A stretch of 64,000 nt of DNA from the IMG/VR virus record IMGVR_UViG_2687453603_000006, one strand, 5' to 3'. This document shows positions 29,160-40,200 of this stretch, piece after piece. The notes beneath the pieces are model-generated. The model was given only the letters and a program-made list of their open reading frames with translations, was not told where the DNA came from and made no database searches. Origin of the DNA: an uncultured virus (IMG/VR IMGVR_UViG_2687453603_000006) (Duplodnaviria > Heunggongvirae > Uroviricota > Caudoviricetes). Each line of letters begins with the position of its first letter. The stretch's first letter is position 1. The position numbers and the translations under genes are program-made.

Positions 29160-29825
29160 ATGGACTACTTTGAAAGATATAAAAATATTAATATGCCTTA
29201 TGGCACAGATTTAAGTTCACATGTCATTAACGCAAGTAAAGACAGTGCTTTGAGAACATTTCTCTCTTCCCCTACTCTATCTGATATTTATGTTGATAGT
29301 ATTCCTACTCAGTCAGTTGTAAGTAATTATTCTGGTGACTTTTTTGAGCGTACGTTCTTATTTGAGCCAGACTCAGACTTAGCTAAAGTAGGTAATTATA
29401 TTGAACATAGAGGCTATACATACTTAACTATGAAAAGTAATGATGATGATATTTATCCTAACCTACACGCTAAGTTATGCAATGAAGATTTTAAACTTCC
29501 ATTAAAAATTACTAAGAAGAAGGTTTCTACTGGTCGTGGTGGTTACACTTATGTTGATCAATTAGAGACCAAAGATATTCCTATTGTGGTTGATGTTAAA
29601 GGTTACTCAATTGCGGATAATGCTATCTTACCTTTAACTGAAGGCCGAGTAATTATCTATATGAAATACAGTAAGGAATACTTAGAAAAAATTAAACTTA
29701 ACTATGAGTTTGAGTTATTTAATGATAGTTATAAAATCACTGATATTCAAACAGATAACATAATTAATCATCAAGGTTATATTGTATTATCTGCACAGAA
29801 AGTAGTTGAAACAAATGCAACTTAG
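29160..29825 (+). CDS. Putative head closure/neck protein
   Basis: 221 aa; AAGGAGG RBS; synteny. Confidence 0.6.
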   Translation: MDYFERYKNINMPYGTDLSSHVINASKDSALRTFLSSPTLSDIYVDSIPTQSVVSNYSGDFFERTFLFEPDSDLAKVGNYIEHRGYTYLTMKSNDDDIYPNLHAKLCNEDFKLPLKITKKKVSTGRGGYTYVDQLETKDIPIVVDVKGYSIADNAILPLTEGRVIIYMKYSKEYLEKIKLNYEFELFNDSYKITDIQTDNIINHQGYIVLSAQKVVETNAT

Positions 29826-30336
29826 ATATAAAACTTCTGGTCGTGGTGATATCTTACAGAAATTTATTAAGGTAATGGCAAATGATGAACACTTATTAAG
29901 ATTGCTTTACTACAACCCTATTGATGAGAATGGCAATTATATAGAGTTCACAGACGCTTCTTTACCTAATATCACCGAGATGGACGAAGAGAAAAAAGAC
30001 CAAATAGTAAATGATTTGATTAGAACGTCTCAAAAGAGTGACGACATAATCGAGATGAAAAAGACAGTTATTTTTGTATTTTATGGTAAATCGAGACCTA
30101 AGTATAACAATCATACTCTTGTAGACAGAGAGATTATTTTTATGATCCTATCTCATAATGATTTCTCATTTGCTGATAGAATAGAGGAAATTTGTGATAG
30201 ATTAGATACTTTGTTCGTTAATAAGCATATTGGTGGCATTGGTAGAACAAACATCGGAATATCATTCCCTGTTGAAGCTCCAAAAGAATACCTTGCTTTT
30301 GAACAAAAATACACTATCACTGATAAGCGGATGTGA
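29806..30336 (+). CDS. Putative tail terminator/neck protein
   Basis: 176-aa ORF overlapping upstream gene; synteny. Confidence 0.55.
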   Translation: MKQMQLRYKTSGRGDILQKFIKVMANDEHLLRLLYYNPIDENGNYIEFTDASLPNITEMDEEKKDQIVNDLIRTSQKSDDIIEMKKTVIFVFYGKSRPKYNNHTLVDREIIFMILSHNDFSFADRIEEICDRLDTLFVNKHIGGIGRTNIGISFPVEAPKEYLAFEQKYTITDKRM

Positions 30337-30341
30337 TTTAA

Positions 30342-31214
30342 ATGGAAGAGTTATTAGAAAATCTATTTGATGATCAGAGTATTCAAGATAAAGTTATCTT
30401 GAATTTGCCTATCGAAAGTCCATTTGGTGAATTAAAACCACTGAGTATTCATGATTACATGCAACGACTCTCTTCTATTTCAGTAATATCTCTTAACAAG
30501 AAATACTTACTCGCTGAGTATGGTAAAGGTTATCAAGAAGAAACTGGTCAAACTGATAATGAAATTTTCACAATGTTGAAAGACTTGAATGAAAAATATT
30601 CATTATTCTACTTTTTAAGAGAGATGTTCCAAGACCTTCTCCACCACTACATTATTATAACCCGATACGTTAAGTTCTACGATTATCAATACGATAAGAA
30701 AAACCCTCAATCTAGAAAAGACATTGATGAAAATAGTGATGACGATACACCTTTGAGTGAAAAGGAATTTACTGAGGCTATCTTAGAAAAATGTATTCAA
30801 TTTGTATTTTCATTAGATGATGATCAATTTGAGCTTTATCGTAAATACATATTACAACTTCATGGACAATCTGAACCTAGAGCTTTCTTAAACCCTAAGC
30901 TTCAACGCAATGAAGAGAGATCTAAAGCTTCAAAGCTTAAAAAGAAGGACTCAACGCCAACTTTATCTACTATGGTTACAAGTTGTGCAGTGTACATGGG
31001 CGTTGATTACTCAGATATTATGAAATGGAATGCTTTACAATTACAACATTCATTCCAACGAATTTCACTATTCATTCAAAATAACGCTACAACGTTGTTT
31101 GCTACTGTTACTTCTGAAGTCGATTTAGTTAATTGGTCAGAAAATATTACTGACAATGAGAAAAAAGAAGATATGACTTTAGATACTTTCAGACAGAATG
31201 TAAGTGGAGTTTAG
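30342..31214 (+). CDS. Hypothetical morphogenesis protein
   Basis: 290-aa ORF in late operon. Confidence 0.6.
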   Translation: MEELLENLFDDQSIQDKVILNLPIESPFGELKPLSIHDYMQRLSSISVISLNKKYLLAEYGKGYQEETGQTDNEIFTMLKDLNEKYSLFYFLREMFQDLLHHYIIITRYVKFYDYQYDKKNPQSRKDIDENSDDDTPLSEKEFTEAILEKCIQFVFSLDDDQFELYRKYILQLHGQSEPRAFLNPKLQRNEERSKASKLKKKDSTPTLSTMVTSCAVYMGVDYSDIMKWNALQLQHSFQRISLFIQNNATTLFATVTSEVDLVNWSENITDNEKKEDMTLDTFRQNVSGV

Positions 31215-31252
31215 TTAGAATATATATAAATTATTTTAGGAGGAATTGGAAT

Positions 31253-32044
31253 ATGCCTTTATATATCCAAGACACTGCGGACGCAGTATTAGAACGTAAA
31301 TCGGACAAATTTGTTATCGCTACTGGTACAACTCAAACTGTTACTTTGAAACAAAAAGTTGACGAAGAAACAGTTAAAGGCGGTATTGGTAACGCTGCTC
31401 AATTCACAATCAAATCTAACAAAGAGTTAGAAATCACTATGGAAGACGCTTTATTCAACTTCCAATGGTTAGCTGCTACTCAAGGTGTTAAAGTTGTTAA
31501 CGATAAATTAGTTGTTAAACGTACTGAAGTTGCTGAAGTAGAAGAAGGCGGAAAAGTTACTTCTGTTAACTCTAAATTAGCTGGTGAGTTAGTTGTTATC
31601 GACACTTATGGTAAAAACGTTAAAGGTAAGTTCACTGCCGGTTCTGCAACTATCTCTGACTTGTCTTCACAAGTTGGTAAAAACGTAACTATCGTTACAG
31701 AAGAAGAAGTTCAAGGTGAAAAAGTTTCTATTCGTGCTGACCGTTTCGCTGAAAAGTATCGTTTACAATTATTCACTTATGCTTATGACCAAGATACTGA
31801 AGCAATTGCAAAAGACGTATTCTTGACATTCGATAACGTTTCTCCATCTTCTGAGTTTGACTTAAAACTTAAAGCTGGTGATCCATTATCTCCAGAATTA
31901 CAATTAAAAGCTACTGCAAACCCAAAAACTAAAGAAATTGGTTCTTGGATGATTGTTGATCATAAAGAAGACGCTGGAGCAACTAATTCAGGTGCGGTTA
32001 TTGCTGGTAGAAGAGCTGAAGATACAGCTTCACATTTAGGCTAA
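31253..32044 (+). CDS. Major tail tube protein
   Basis: 263 aa, beta-rich, strong codon bias, AGGAGG RBS, followed by terminator at 32057-32089. Confidence 0.7.
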   Translation: MPLYIQDTADAVLERKSDKFVIATGTTQTVTLKQKVDEETVKGGIGNAAQFTIKSNKELEITMEDALFNFQWLAATQGVKVVNDKLVVKRTEVAEVEEGGKVTSVNSKLAGELVVIDTYGKNVKGKFTAGSATISDLSSQVGKNVTIVTEEEVQGEKVSIRADRFAEKYRLQLFTYAYDQDTEAIAKDVFLTFDNVSPSSEFDLKLKAGDPLSPELQLKATANPKTKEIGSWMIVDHKEDAGATNSGAVIAGRRAEDTASHLG

Positions 32045-32127
32045 TAATTTAGTCATAAGAGTGAGAGATTAATTTCTCTCCTCTTTTTTATTTATCCAAA
32101 TTTATAGAATAAAAGGAGAATTTTATC

Positions 32128-32685
32128 ATGAAAATAAACGACAATAACGATAAAAATGTCGAACAAAATGCTGTTGTTGACTTAAAAAAGGTCTTAGAAA
32201 TGGCTAAATCTTATGATGAAATTGAAAGATACACTTTATCAAACGGTGAAGACATTGAATTCTATCCCCACTTCTCTCGTACAAAGATTAAAGAAATCAT
32301 TGAAGAGTATAAAGGATATTTAATTTCTGAAGATAAAGATGATATGAAATTCATGGATATGGTTTCTAAAGATGATGTAAGCTTAGTCCTTTTCTGGTAC
32401 TTCTTAGCTGTTAAAAAATTCACTCATTTTGGTGAGTCTATGAAACGTATTAAGAAAGTTAAATCTTTAGCTCCTTATTACAATGCATTATTAGAAACGG
32501 GTATCTTAGAAGAAATTTGTAATGACGCTTTTGCTTATGAAGAGTTATCAAAAGTTACTGAAATGTTTGCAAAAGAAGCTGCAATTAATGTAACTGCTAA
32601 TGAATTTGTAAACAAATATGAAGATGAAATTGAAGTAGCTCGTGAAAAATTTGCTAACACTTATTTAAACAAGAGTGAAGATTAA
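32128..32685 (+). CDS. Putative tail assembly chaperone
   Basis: 185 aa after tail tube gene. Confidence 0.55.
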   Translation: MKINDNNDKNVEQNAVVDLKKVLEMAKSYDEIERYTLSNGEDIEFYPHFSRTKIKEIIEEYKGYLISEDKDDMKFMDMVSKDDVSLVLFWYFLAVKKFTHFGESMKRIKKVKSLAPYYNALLETGILEEICNDAFAYEELSKVTEMFAKEAAINVTANEFVNKYEDEIEVAREKFANTYLNKSED

Positions 32686-33158
32686 TGCCTCAATTTAGTA
32701 ATTTACAAAGCCTTAATAACTATGTACTTAGAGCAATAACTGAAGTAATGAGAAATGAAGTTGCTGACGCAGTTAGACAAGAATGGATAGCTATGATGGA
32801 AAAGAATGTGTATGGAACGTATCAACCCTGGTCATATGAACGTAGACATAAACAAGGTGGTTTAGCTGATCCAAGAAATATTCAAATCGTTTCAGAAAAA
32901 GTTGCTGCTGACTCTGCTGCTATCGTAATGGAGAACTTGACTAAAGGTCAAGGTTGGGATCATTACTATGGTGATTTAATCAATACGATGATTGAAAGTG
33001 CAGACGGTTTTGCTGGTAATTCAGCTTTAGGAATGCCTAAACGTCCTTATACCGAAGAAGCAGTTGATTTCATGACAAAAGGAATTGGTAGAAATACTAT
33101 ATTGGACGCTCTCACATCAGGTTTAGCTAGAAGAGGTATTAATATCAATATTAAATAG
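32685..33158 (+). CDS. Hypothetical tail-region protein (HK97 gp10-like)
   Basis: 157 aa; C-terminal MPKRPYTEEA motif. Confidence 0.55.
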   Translation: MPQFSNLQSLNNYVLRAITEVMRNEVADAVRQEWIAMMEKNVYGTYQPWSYERRHKQGGLADPRNIQIVSEKVAADSAAIVMENLTKGQGWDHYYGDLINTMIESADGFAGNSALGMPKRPYTEEAVDFMTKGIGRNTILDALTSGLARRGININIK

Positions 33159-33173
33159 AAAGTAGGAATTAGT

Positions 33174-34190
33174 ATGGCAATCGAGAAAAACATGCTGAGA
33201 GAGAGAGCCAAAAAGCTTCCAACAATTACAGATGAAATGTGGGAAAAGGTACATCCTGTTTATAAGGAACTTTTAAGTGAGTATTTAGGCTCAGTAGATT
33301 TATCGAGAGACACTAAAAAACAATATACTTCAGCATTGAAACAATTTGGTTGGTTTGTTGCTGATAGTTTAAACAATAAACCCCTATTCAAATTAAAGAA
33401 ACGTGACGCATTGCGTTATATGAACTATTTAAGAGAAGACCGTAAGATGTCATCATCTGGAATTAACTTAAAGAAATCTGCTGTATCTGCTTTCTGTCAA
33501 TGGATAGAAAACTATATCGCTGATGACTATGAAGATGAAAATGGAGACCTAGTATTTGAAACATTTCGTAATTTCATGACAGGCTTACCACCAGTTGTAA
33601 AAAATCAAGTATACGATAAGAAGAAAGTTACATTCGAAGAGTATCAAGAAATGATGAAAGCTCTAAGAAGTGATGAAGATTATTTAGGTATGGCTTGGTT
33701 AGCTACTGCATTTAATGTTGGTGCAAGACGCAGCGAAATTATACAATTTAAAACATCTTTATTCGATCATGAGTGGAATGCAGAAGGAAACTTCTTAATG
33801 TCTCATAACGTTCGTGGTAAAGGTCGTGGTGAAGATGGTAAGATACTTCAATTTATGATCAATGATGAAGCACTTAAATATATGAAGCTTTGGGTAGAAA
33901 AACGTGGATATGAAGATGAATACATCTTTACAGTTGGAAATGAGAACACTCATAGACAAATGAGTAAGTCTTGGGCTGATTATTTCTGCGAGCATACTCT
34001 ATCTCATATTTTAGGAAGACGTGTTAACCCTCATATCTTTAAAGCTAGTTGTGTAACCTATCTATTAGAAGTTAAAAAGGTTGATATTAAGCACGTATCT
34101 AAATTAGTGGCACATCATGAGTCAGTTGAAACTACTCAAATATATGATTTAAGAGACTCTGAAGAAGAGAGAAACTCTATCTTTAGTTAA
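33174..34190 (+). CDS. Tyrosine recombinase in tail operon (YomM-like)
   Basis: GARRSEI, KGRG, PHIFKAS, AHHESVETTQIYD. Confidence 0.85.
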   Translation: MAIEKNMLRERAKKLPTITDEMWEKVHPVYKELLSEYLGSVDLSRDTKKQYTSALKQFGWFVADSLNNKPLFKLKKRDALRYMNYLREDRKMSSSGINLKKSAVSAFCQWIENYIADDYEDENGDLVFETFRNFMTGLPPVVKNQVYDKKKVTFEEYQEMMKALRSDEDYLGMAWLATAFNVGARRSEIIQFKTSLFDHEWNAEGNFLMSHNVRGKGRGEDGKILQFMINDEALKYMKLWVEKRGYEDEYIFTVGNENTHRQMSKSWADYFCEHTLSHILGRRVNPHIFKASCVTYLLEVKKVDIKHVSKLVAHHESVETTQIYDLRDSEEERNSIFS

Positions 34191-34286
34191 TCTAGTTTTG
34201 AATTCTTGTGGGAATATTTAGTTCTCATAAGACTTGAATACTAGATTTTTTATAATGATTTCGAGAATAAAAGGAGTGAATATAGC

Positions 34287-37200
34287 GTGGCAAGTGATTT
34301 TAATATAGGTATATTATCTACCTTAGAGATAGACTCTAGCTCCTCAAGAAAGAAGATTAACGACACACTTAAAAATATTGAAGCAAATATTAATAGCATT
34401 AAAGCAGACTTAGAAGTTTCAGATACAAAGAAATCAGAAAATAATGCTATAAAAAGTGCAAACAACGTAATCAGAAACATCAATTCAAACGGTAATTTAA
34501 AGAAATTAAATGTTGAACTAGATGTAAACTTAACAAAAAGTAGACAAAACATTCAAAGAGCATTATCTACTCTATCAAAAGATTTTAAGAATAAGAAAAT
34601 TGATGTTGAAGTTAATGCTAAAGCTAATAAAAATTCAATCGGACAAGTTAAGAATTCTATTTCTAAAGGTGCAAGTCAGCCACTAGAAATTAAAGAGTCC
34701 CCTAGTAGTAGAAGCACTAGTAGAGATATTAAAGAACAGCAGTCTTTAATGACAGGTTTAGCAAATTCTTATAAGAACTTAGATGATTTAACAAGAGCTT
34801 TAAATACAAGTACATTTGAAGGGCTTAGAAAAACTGTAAAAGAAATTAAGAACGCAGATAATTCTCTTAAAAGTTATCAAGTTACTTTAGAACGTGTTAA
34901 CCAAGAAGGTAAAAAATTAGGCTCTCAAAGATTTGATTATACCCCTTCTGCAAATGGTTTGAAGTTAAACAAAACTCAATTAACTGATCAAACAGATAAA
35001 GCTCGTAAAGAAGAAAATGCTGCTATTAATAAATTATTAGAAAATGAAGTTTCTAAGTATGATCGTTTATTGAATAAAGGTAAAATTGATATTAAACAAC
35101 ATCAAACTTTACTTCAAACTCTTAGACAAATTACTAATGAGAAATCAAAAGCTAACCAATTTAATAGAACTGATTTCAATAGAGTAGCAAAAGCTGCTGC
35201 TGATGAAGCAAAAGAATATCAATATCAAAATGATATGCTTCGAAAGAAATTAGCTTTAACTTCTCAAATTGAGCGTATTGAAAACAGAATGGCTGCTACA
35301 ATTGATAAGCAACAAACAAATGCTTTGAAAAATCAATTGAATTCTTTAGGTAATAATAGAACACCATTCGGTAAAGAAGCAGCTTTCCATATGAACCAAA
35401 TTCAAGACAAGGTTCGTCAAATCTCTGCTGAAGCTGAAAGAGCAACTAGAACTCAGTTAAGTTTTGTTGATCAATTCAGAGAAGCAATGACAAAATCCCC
35501 AGTTTGGATGGGTGCTACTACCCTATTCTTCGGTGCCATAAATGGTGCTAAAGAAATGCTTGATGTAATTACTGAAATTGATGGAAAAATGATTACTCTT
35601 GCAAAAGTTACTGGTGATGACAATGCACTTCAACAAACATTTATTGACGCAAATAATGCTGCTTCTCAATTCGGACAGACATTAGGAAGCGTATTAGATG
35701 TATATGCAGAATTCGCTAGACAAGGTGTTAAAGGTAATGAGTTATCTCAATTCTCAAATGCAGCATTAATTGCTGCTAACGTTGGTGAGATTGACGCTAA
35801 ACAAGCTTCTGAATATTTAACTTCTATGTCTGCTCAGTGGGAAACGACTGGAAACCAAGCTATGAGACAAGTTGACTCACTCAACGAAGTTTCCAATAAA
35901 TATGCTACAACTGTTGAAAAGTTAGCACAAGGTCAAGCAAAAGCTGGCTCTACTGCTAAATCAATGGGACTTACTTTTGATGAAACTAATGGTATTATTG
36001 GTGCATTAACAGCTAAGACTAAGCAATCTGGGGACGAAATTGGTAACTTTATGAAAGCCACTTTACCTAAACTTTATAGTGGTAAAGGTAAATCAACTAT
36101 TGAAGGCTTAGGCATTAGTATGAAAGATGAAAATGGACAATTAAAATCTGCCATTTCTCTTTTAGAAGAAGTTTCTCAGAAAACTAAAAACTTAGAAAAA
36201 GACCAAAAAGCCGCTGTTATAAATGGCTTGGGTGGAACATACCACTACCAACGTATGCAAGTATTATTAGATGATTTATCTAAAACAGATGGCTTATATA
36301 AACAAATTAAAGAAAGTTCCGAAAGTTCAGCTGGCTCTGCATTACAAGAGAATGCAAAATACATGGAGTCAATTGAAGCTAAAGTTAACCAAGCAAAAAC
36401 AGCATTCGAACAATTCGCATTAGCTGTTGGTGAAACATTTGCTAAATCAGGAATGCTTGATGGTATCAGAATGGTTACTCAACTTTTAACTGGTTTAACT
36501 CATGGAATTACTGAATTAGGCACAACTGCTCCGATTTTCGGCATGGTTGGTGGTGCTGCCTCATTAATGAGTAAGAATGTTAGAAGTGGTTTTGAAGGTG
36601 CTAGAAGTAGTGTTGCTAATTATATTACTGAGGTAAATAAATTAGCTAAAGTTAACAATGCTGCTGGTCAAGTTGTTGGACTTCAAAAAGTTCAAACTGG
36701 TACAGCTTCACAACTTCAGTTTAATAAAAATGGTGAATATGATAAAGCTGCTTCACAAGCAAAGGCTGCTGAACAAGCAACTTACCAATTCTCTAAAGCT
36801 CAAAAAGATGTATCAGCTAGTGCTATGATCGCTTCAGGTGCAATCAACAAAACAACTGTGGCTACCACAGCAAGCACTGTTGCCACTCGTGCTGCTACAC
36901 TTGCAGTTAATGGTTTAAAATTAGCCTTTAGAGGCTTGTTGGCTGCTACTGGTGTCGGGTTAGCAATAACTGGTGTTTCTTTTGTACTGGAAAAAGTTGT
37001 AGGTAGTTTTAATGCTGCAAGTCAAGCTGCTGAACAATATAAACAAAAACAAGAGCAAACGAAGCAAGCAATAGCTTCTATGAGTAATGGTGAAATTAAT
37101 TCACTTATTAGTAGTTACGATAAACTACAACAAAAAATGAATTCTGGTAGTGCATTTAATACAGCGGAAGCTGAGAAATATAAAGAAGTAACAAGTCAAT

Positions 37201-40200
37201 TAGCTAATATATTCCCCGATTTAGTTACTGGTGAAAACCGTTATGGTAAGGAAATGGCCGGTAATAAAGAAGTAATGAAACAGAAAATTGAGTTAATCAA
37301 GCAAGAAATGGAGCTTGAAAGACAAAAGAATGCTATCAAACAAAAAGAAGAGCAAGACGCTTACATCAAAGAACAAGATAGCTTAGCTAAGAAAAACAGA
37401 GGTCAAAAATGGTATCAACTTGGTCAAACACCAGAGTTGAAACTTCAGGAACAAGCACGTCCTACTACTGTTTCTGATAATAGTAACATTAACAAAATTA
37501 ATGCCACTATCCAAAAAGTGAAGAGTCAAGCCCAAGCTGAAAAAGCATTAGAACAAGTTGATAAGCAACTTGCTCAATCTCAAACTAAGAATAGACAAAA
37601 TGAAGTTCAGCACTTACAAAAAGTTAGACAAGCTTTACAAGATTATATTACTAAAACTGGTCAAGCAAATCAGGCAACAAGAGCTGCGGTATTAACTGCA
37701 CAGCAACAATTCACTAACCAGATAGCAACAATGAAGAAACTTGGTACTACTGGTCAACAAGTGATGAATACAATTTCTAACTCAGTTGCGAAAACAGCGA
37801 AATCTGGTAAAGCTGCACAAGCAACATTTAAGTCATTTGAAACTTCATTAGTTAAAAGCTCGTCCTTCAAGAGTAAGATGGCTAGTTATGAAGCCTCTGT
37901 TAAAAAGTTTAAGAATGCTGCTAACCAATCTGCTAAAATTGCTGCTCTTAAAGACGTAGAACGTGATTACTCTAAAGTTGCTAAAGGTATTATGCAAGCG
38001 GCAAAAGCGGCAAACATGAGTAAATCTCAAATGAAAGATTTGAAAAAATCTCTTCAACAAAATATACAAGCAGAAACAGGCTTTAGAGCTTCAGTAAGTA
38101 AAGCTGGTAAAGTTACTATTGATCAATCTAAGAAAATCAAACAGAATACTGCTGAAACAAGACGTAACTCAAGTGCTAAATTACAAAATGCTGACGCTTC
38201 AGACCAAGCTTCTGAAGAAAATAAAGAGTTAGCAGACTCAATGCGTGCTGGTATTGAAAGTTCTCAATTACTTGGAAAAGCGATGGGAGAATTACAATCT
38301 CAAGGAACACTTAGTACAGAAACTTTAATTGAATTAACTGAGAAGTATGGAGACGAAATTTTAGCTGTCGCTGGAGATCAGGAAGCTTTAAGTAACTTCA
38401 TCATGCAAAAGCAAAATGAAGAAACTGATAACTACAACAAAAACCTTAAAACTAAATTAGAAAACTCTTCATCATACTATAAGGCGGTAGCTGGAGCTGA
38501 CTCTGCCCTATCCAACTACTTAATGGAAAACTATGGTATTGATACTAAAAACTATAAGAGTTTAACAGAAGTCAAAGCTAAAATTACAGACCTTTACTAC
38601 AATGGTTCAGCTGAAGAACAAGCTAAAGTAGTAGACGCTATCGCAAAAGCTTACCATATTGACTTATCTAACTATGGCTCTCTGAATGAGAAAAAAGAAG
38701 CATTAGAGAACCAATTGATGAAAATCTTAGGTAGTAAGTGGAAAAAATATATTGGTAGCGTAGCTAAGGATATGAAATCTCTTGGTGTTGACGCTGGTGA
38801 AGTTGGAGCAGATGGTTTTGATGACAGTAAAATGTTCAATCCGGGTGCTCTTATCGGTGCTAACAATTTCCAAAACGTTTCTAACCTAAGTAATATCAGT
38901 AATGTATTCAACTCACTTAATGGTGCATTCAATGAAGCTAAGAATGAAGCTGCTGGTGTTAGTAGAGGCTTAGATGACGCTGCTAGTGGCTTAAAAGATG
39001 TTGGTGACAGTGCTGGCTCAGCTGGTAGTGGTTTAGGTAAAACTGCTAAAGGTGCGGATAAAGCGTCTGACAGTTTAGATGGTACTAATAAAGAATTAGA
39101 AAAAACTAAAGAAAAAGCTGAAGAAGCTGGTGTCACAGTTAAACAACTTTATAAGCAATTTACAGTTACTACTTATGTTGCTGATAAATTAAGTATGGCT
39201 TTAGATAAAATTAATAATAAGTTAGAGAAACAAAAACTTTTAACTGAAAAATACGCAACTTGGTCAAGCAGTTATCGTAACTCACTTAAAGCAGAAAATA
39301 AATTGCTCGATGAAAAGACCGCTAAGATTAAAAAACAAATCGAGTCAATGAAAGAACAAATCGCTCAAGGTAAAGTTATTGAGTATGGTTTAGTTGGTAA
39401 AGATATTAATGTTCCTTACTATGAATATACTGCAAATAATTTAGATGATGGAGAAACTGGTCGTATTTCTCGATATACCGGTAATTCAACTCAAGCTAAG
39501 GTTTGGAATTTCTTTAAATCTAAAGGGTTATCTGATCATGCTGTTGCGGGTATCATGGGTAATATGGAACGTGAGTCTAGATTTAAACCGGGAGCTCAAG
39601 AACAAGGCGGTACTGGTATTGGTTTAGTACAACTTTCATTTGGGCGTGCAAATAATTTAAGAAATTATGCTGCTAGAAGAGGAAAAAGCTGGAAAGACTT
39701 AAATACTCAACTTGACTTCATTTGGAAAGAATTAAATACTACTGAAGTTAATGCTTTACGAGGACTTAAATCAGCTACTTCAGTTATTGGTGCAGCAAAC
39801 TCTTTCCAAAGATTATATGAACGTGCTGGTGTTGTAGCACAAGGAGAACGTAATGCGGCAGCTAAAAAGTATTACAGACAATTTAAAGGTACTAATGGTT
39901 CATCTGGCTTCCTAAGTGGTGGCGTGGTCGCTGGAACAAATGGTAAACCACTTACTTCAGATAGAAACGCTTATATCTTAGATAGACAATTCGGACGATA
40001 TAATGGTGGTGGTGTCCATCACGGAAGAGATATCACGAGTGCTACTATTAACGGATCACCTATTAAAGCTGCACGTTCAGGTATAGTTACTTTTAAAGGA
40101 TGGACTGGTGGTGGTAATACACTATCTATATTTGATGGTAAAAATACTTATACATACATGCATATGAAGAACCCGGCAAGAGTGGTAAAAGGACAACGAG

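Noticed and set aside
32128..33158. Programmed frameshift in tail chaperone
   Set aside because: No clear slippery heptamer near the 3' end; next gene is coupled by TAATG.
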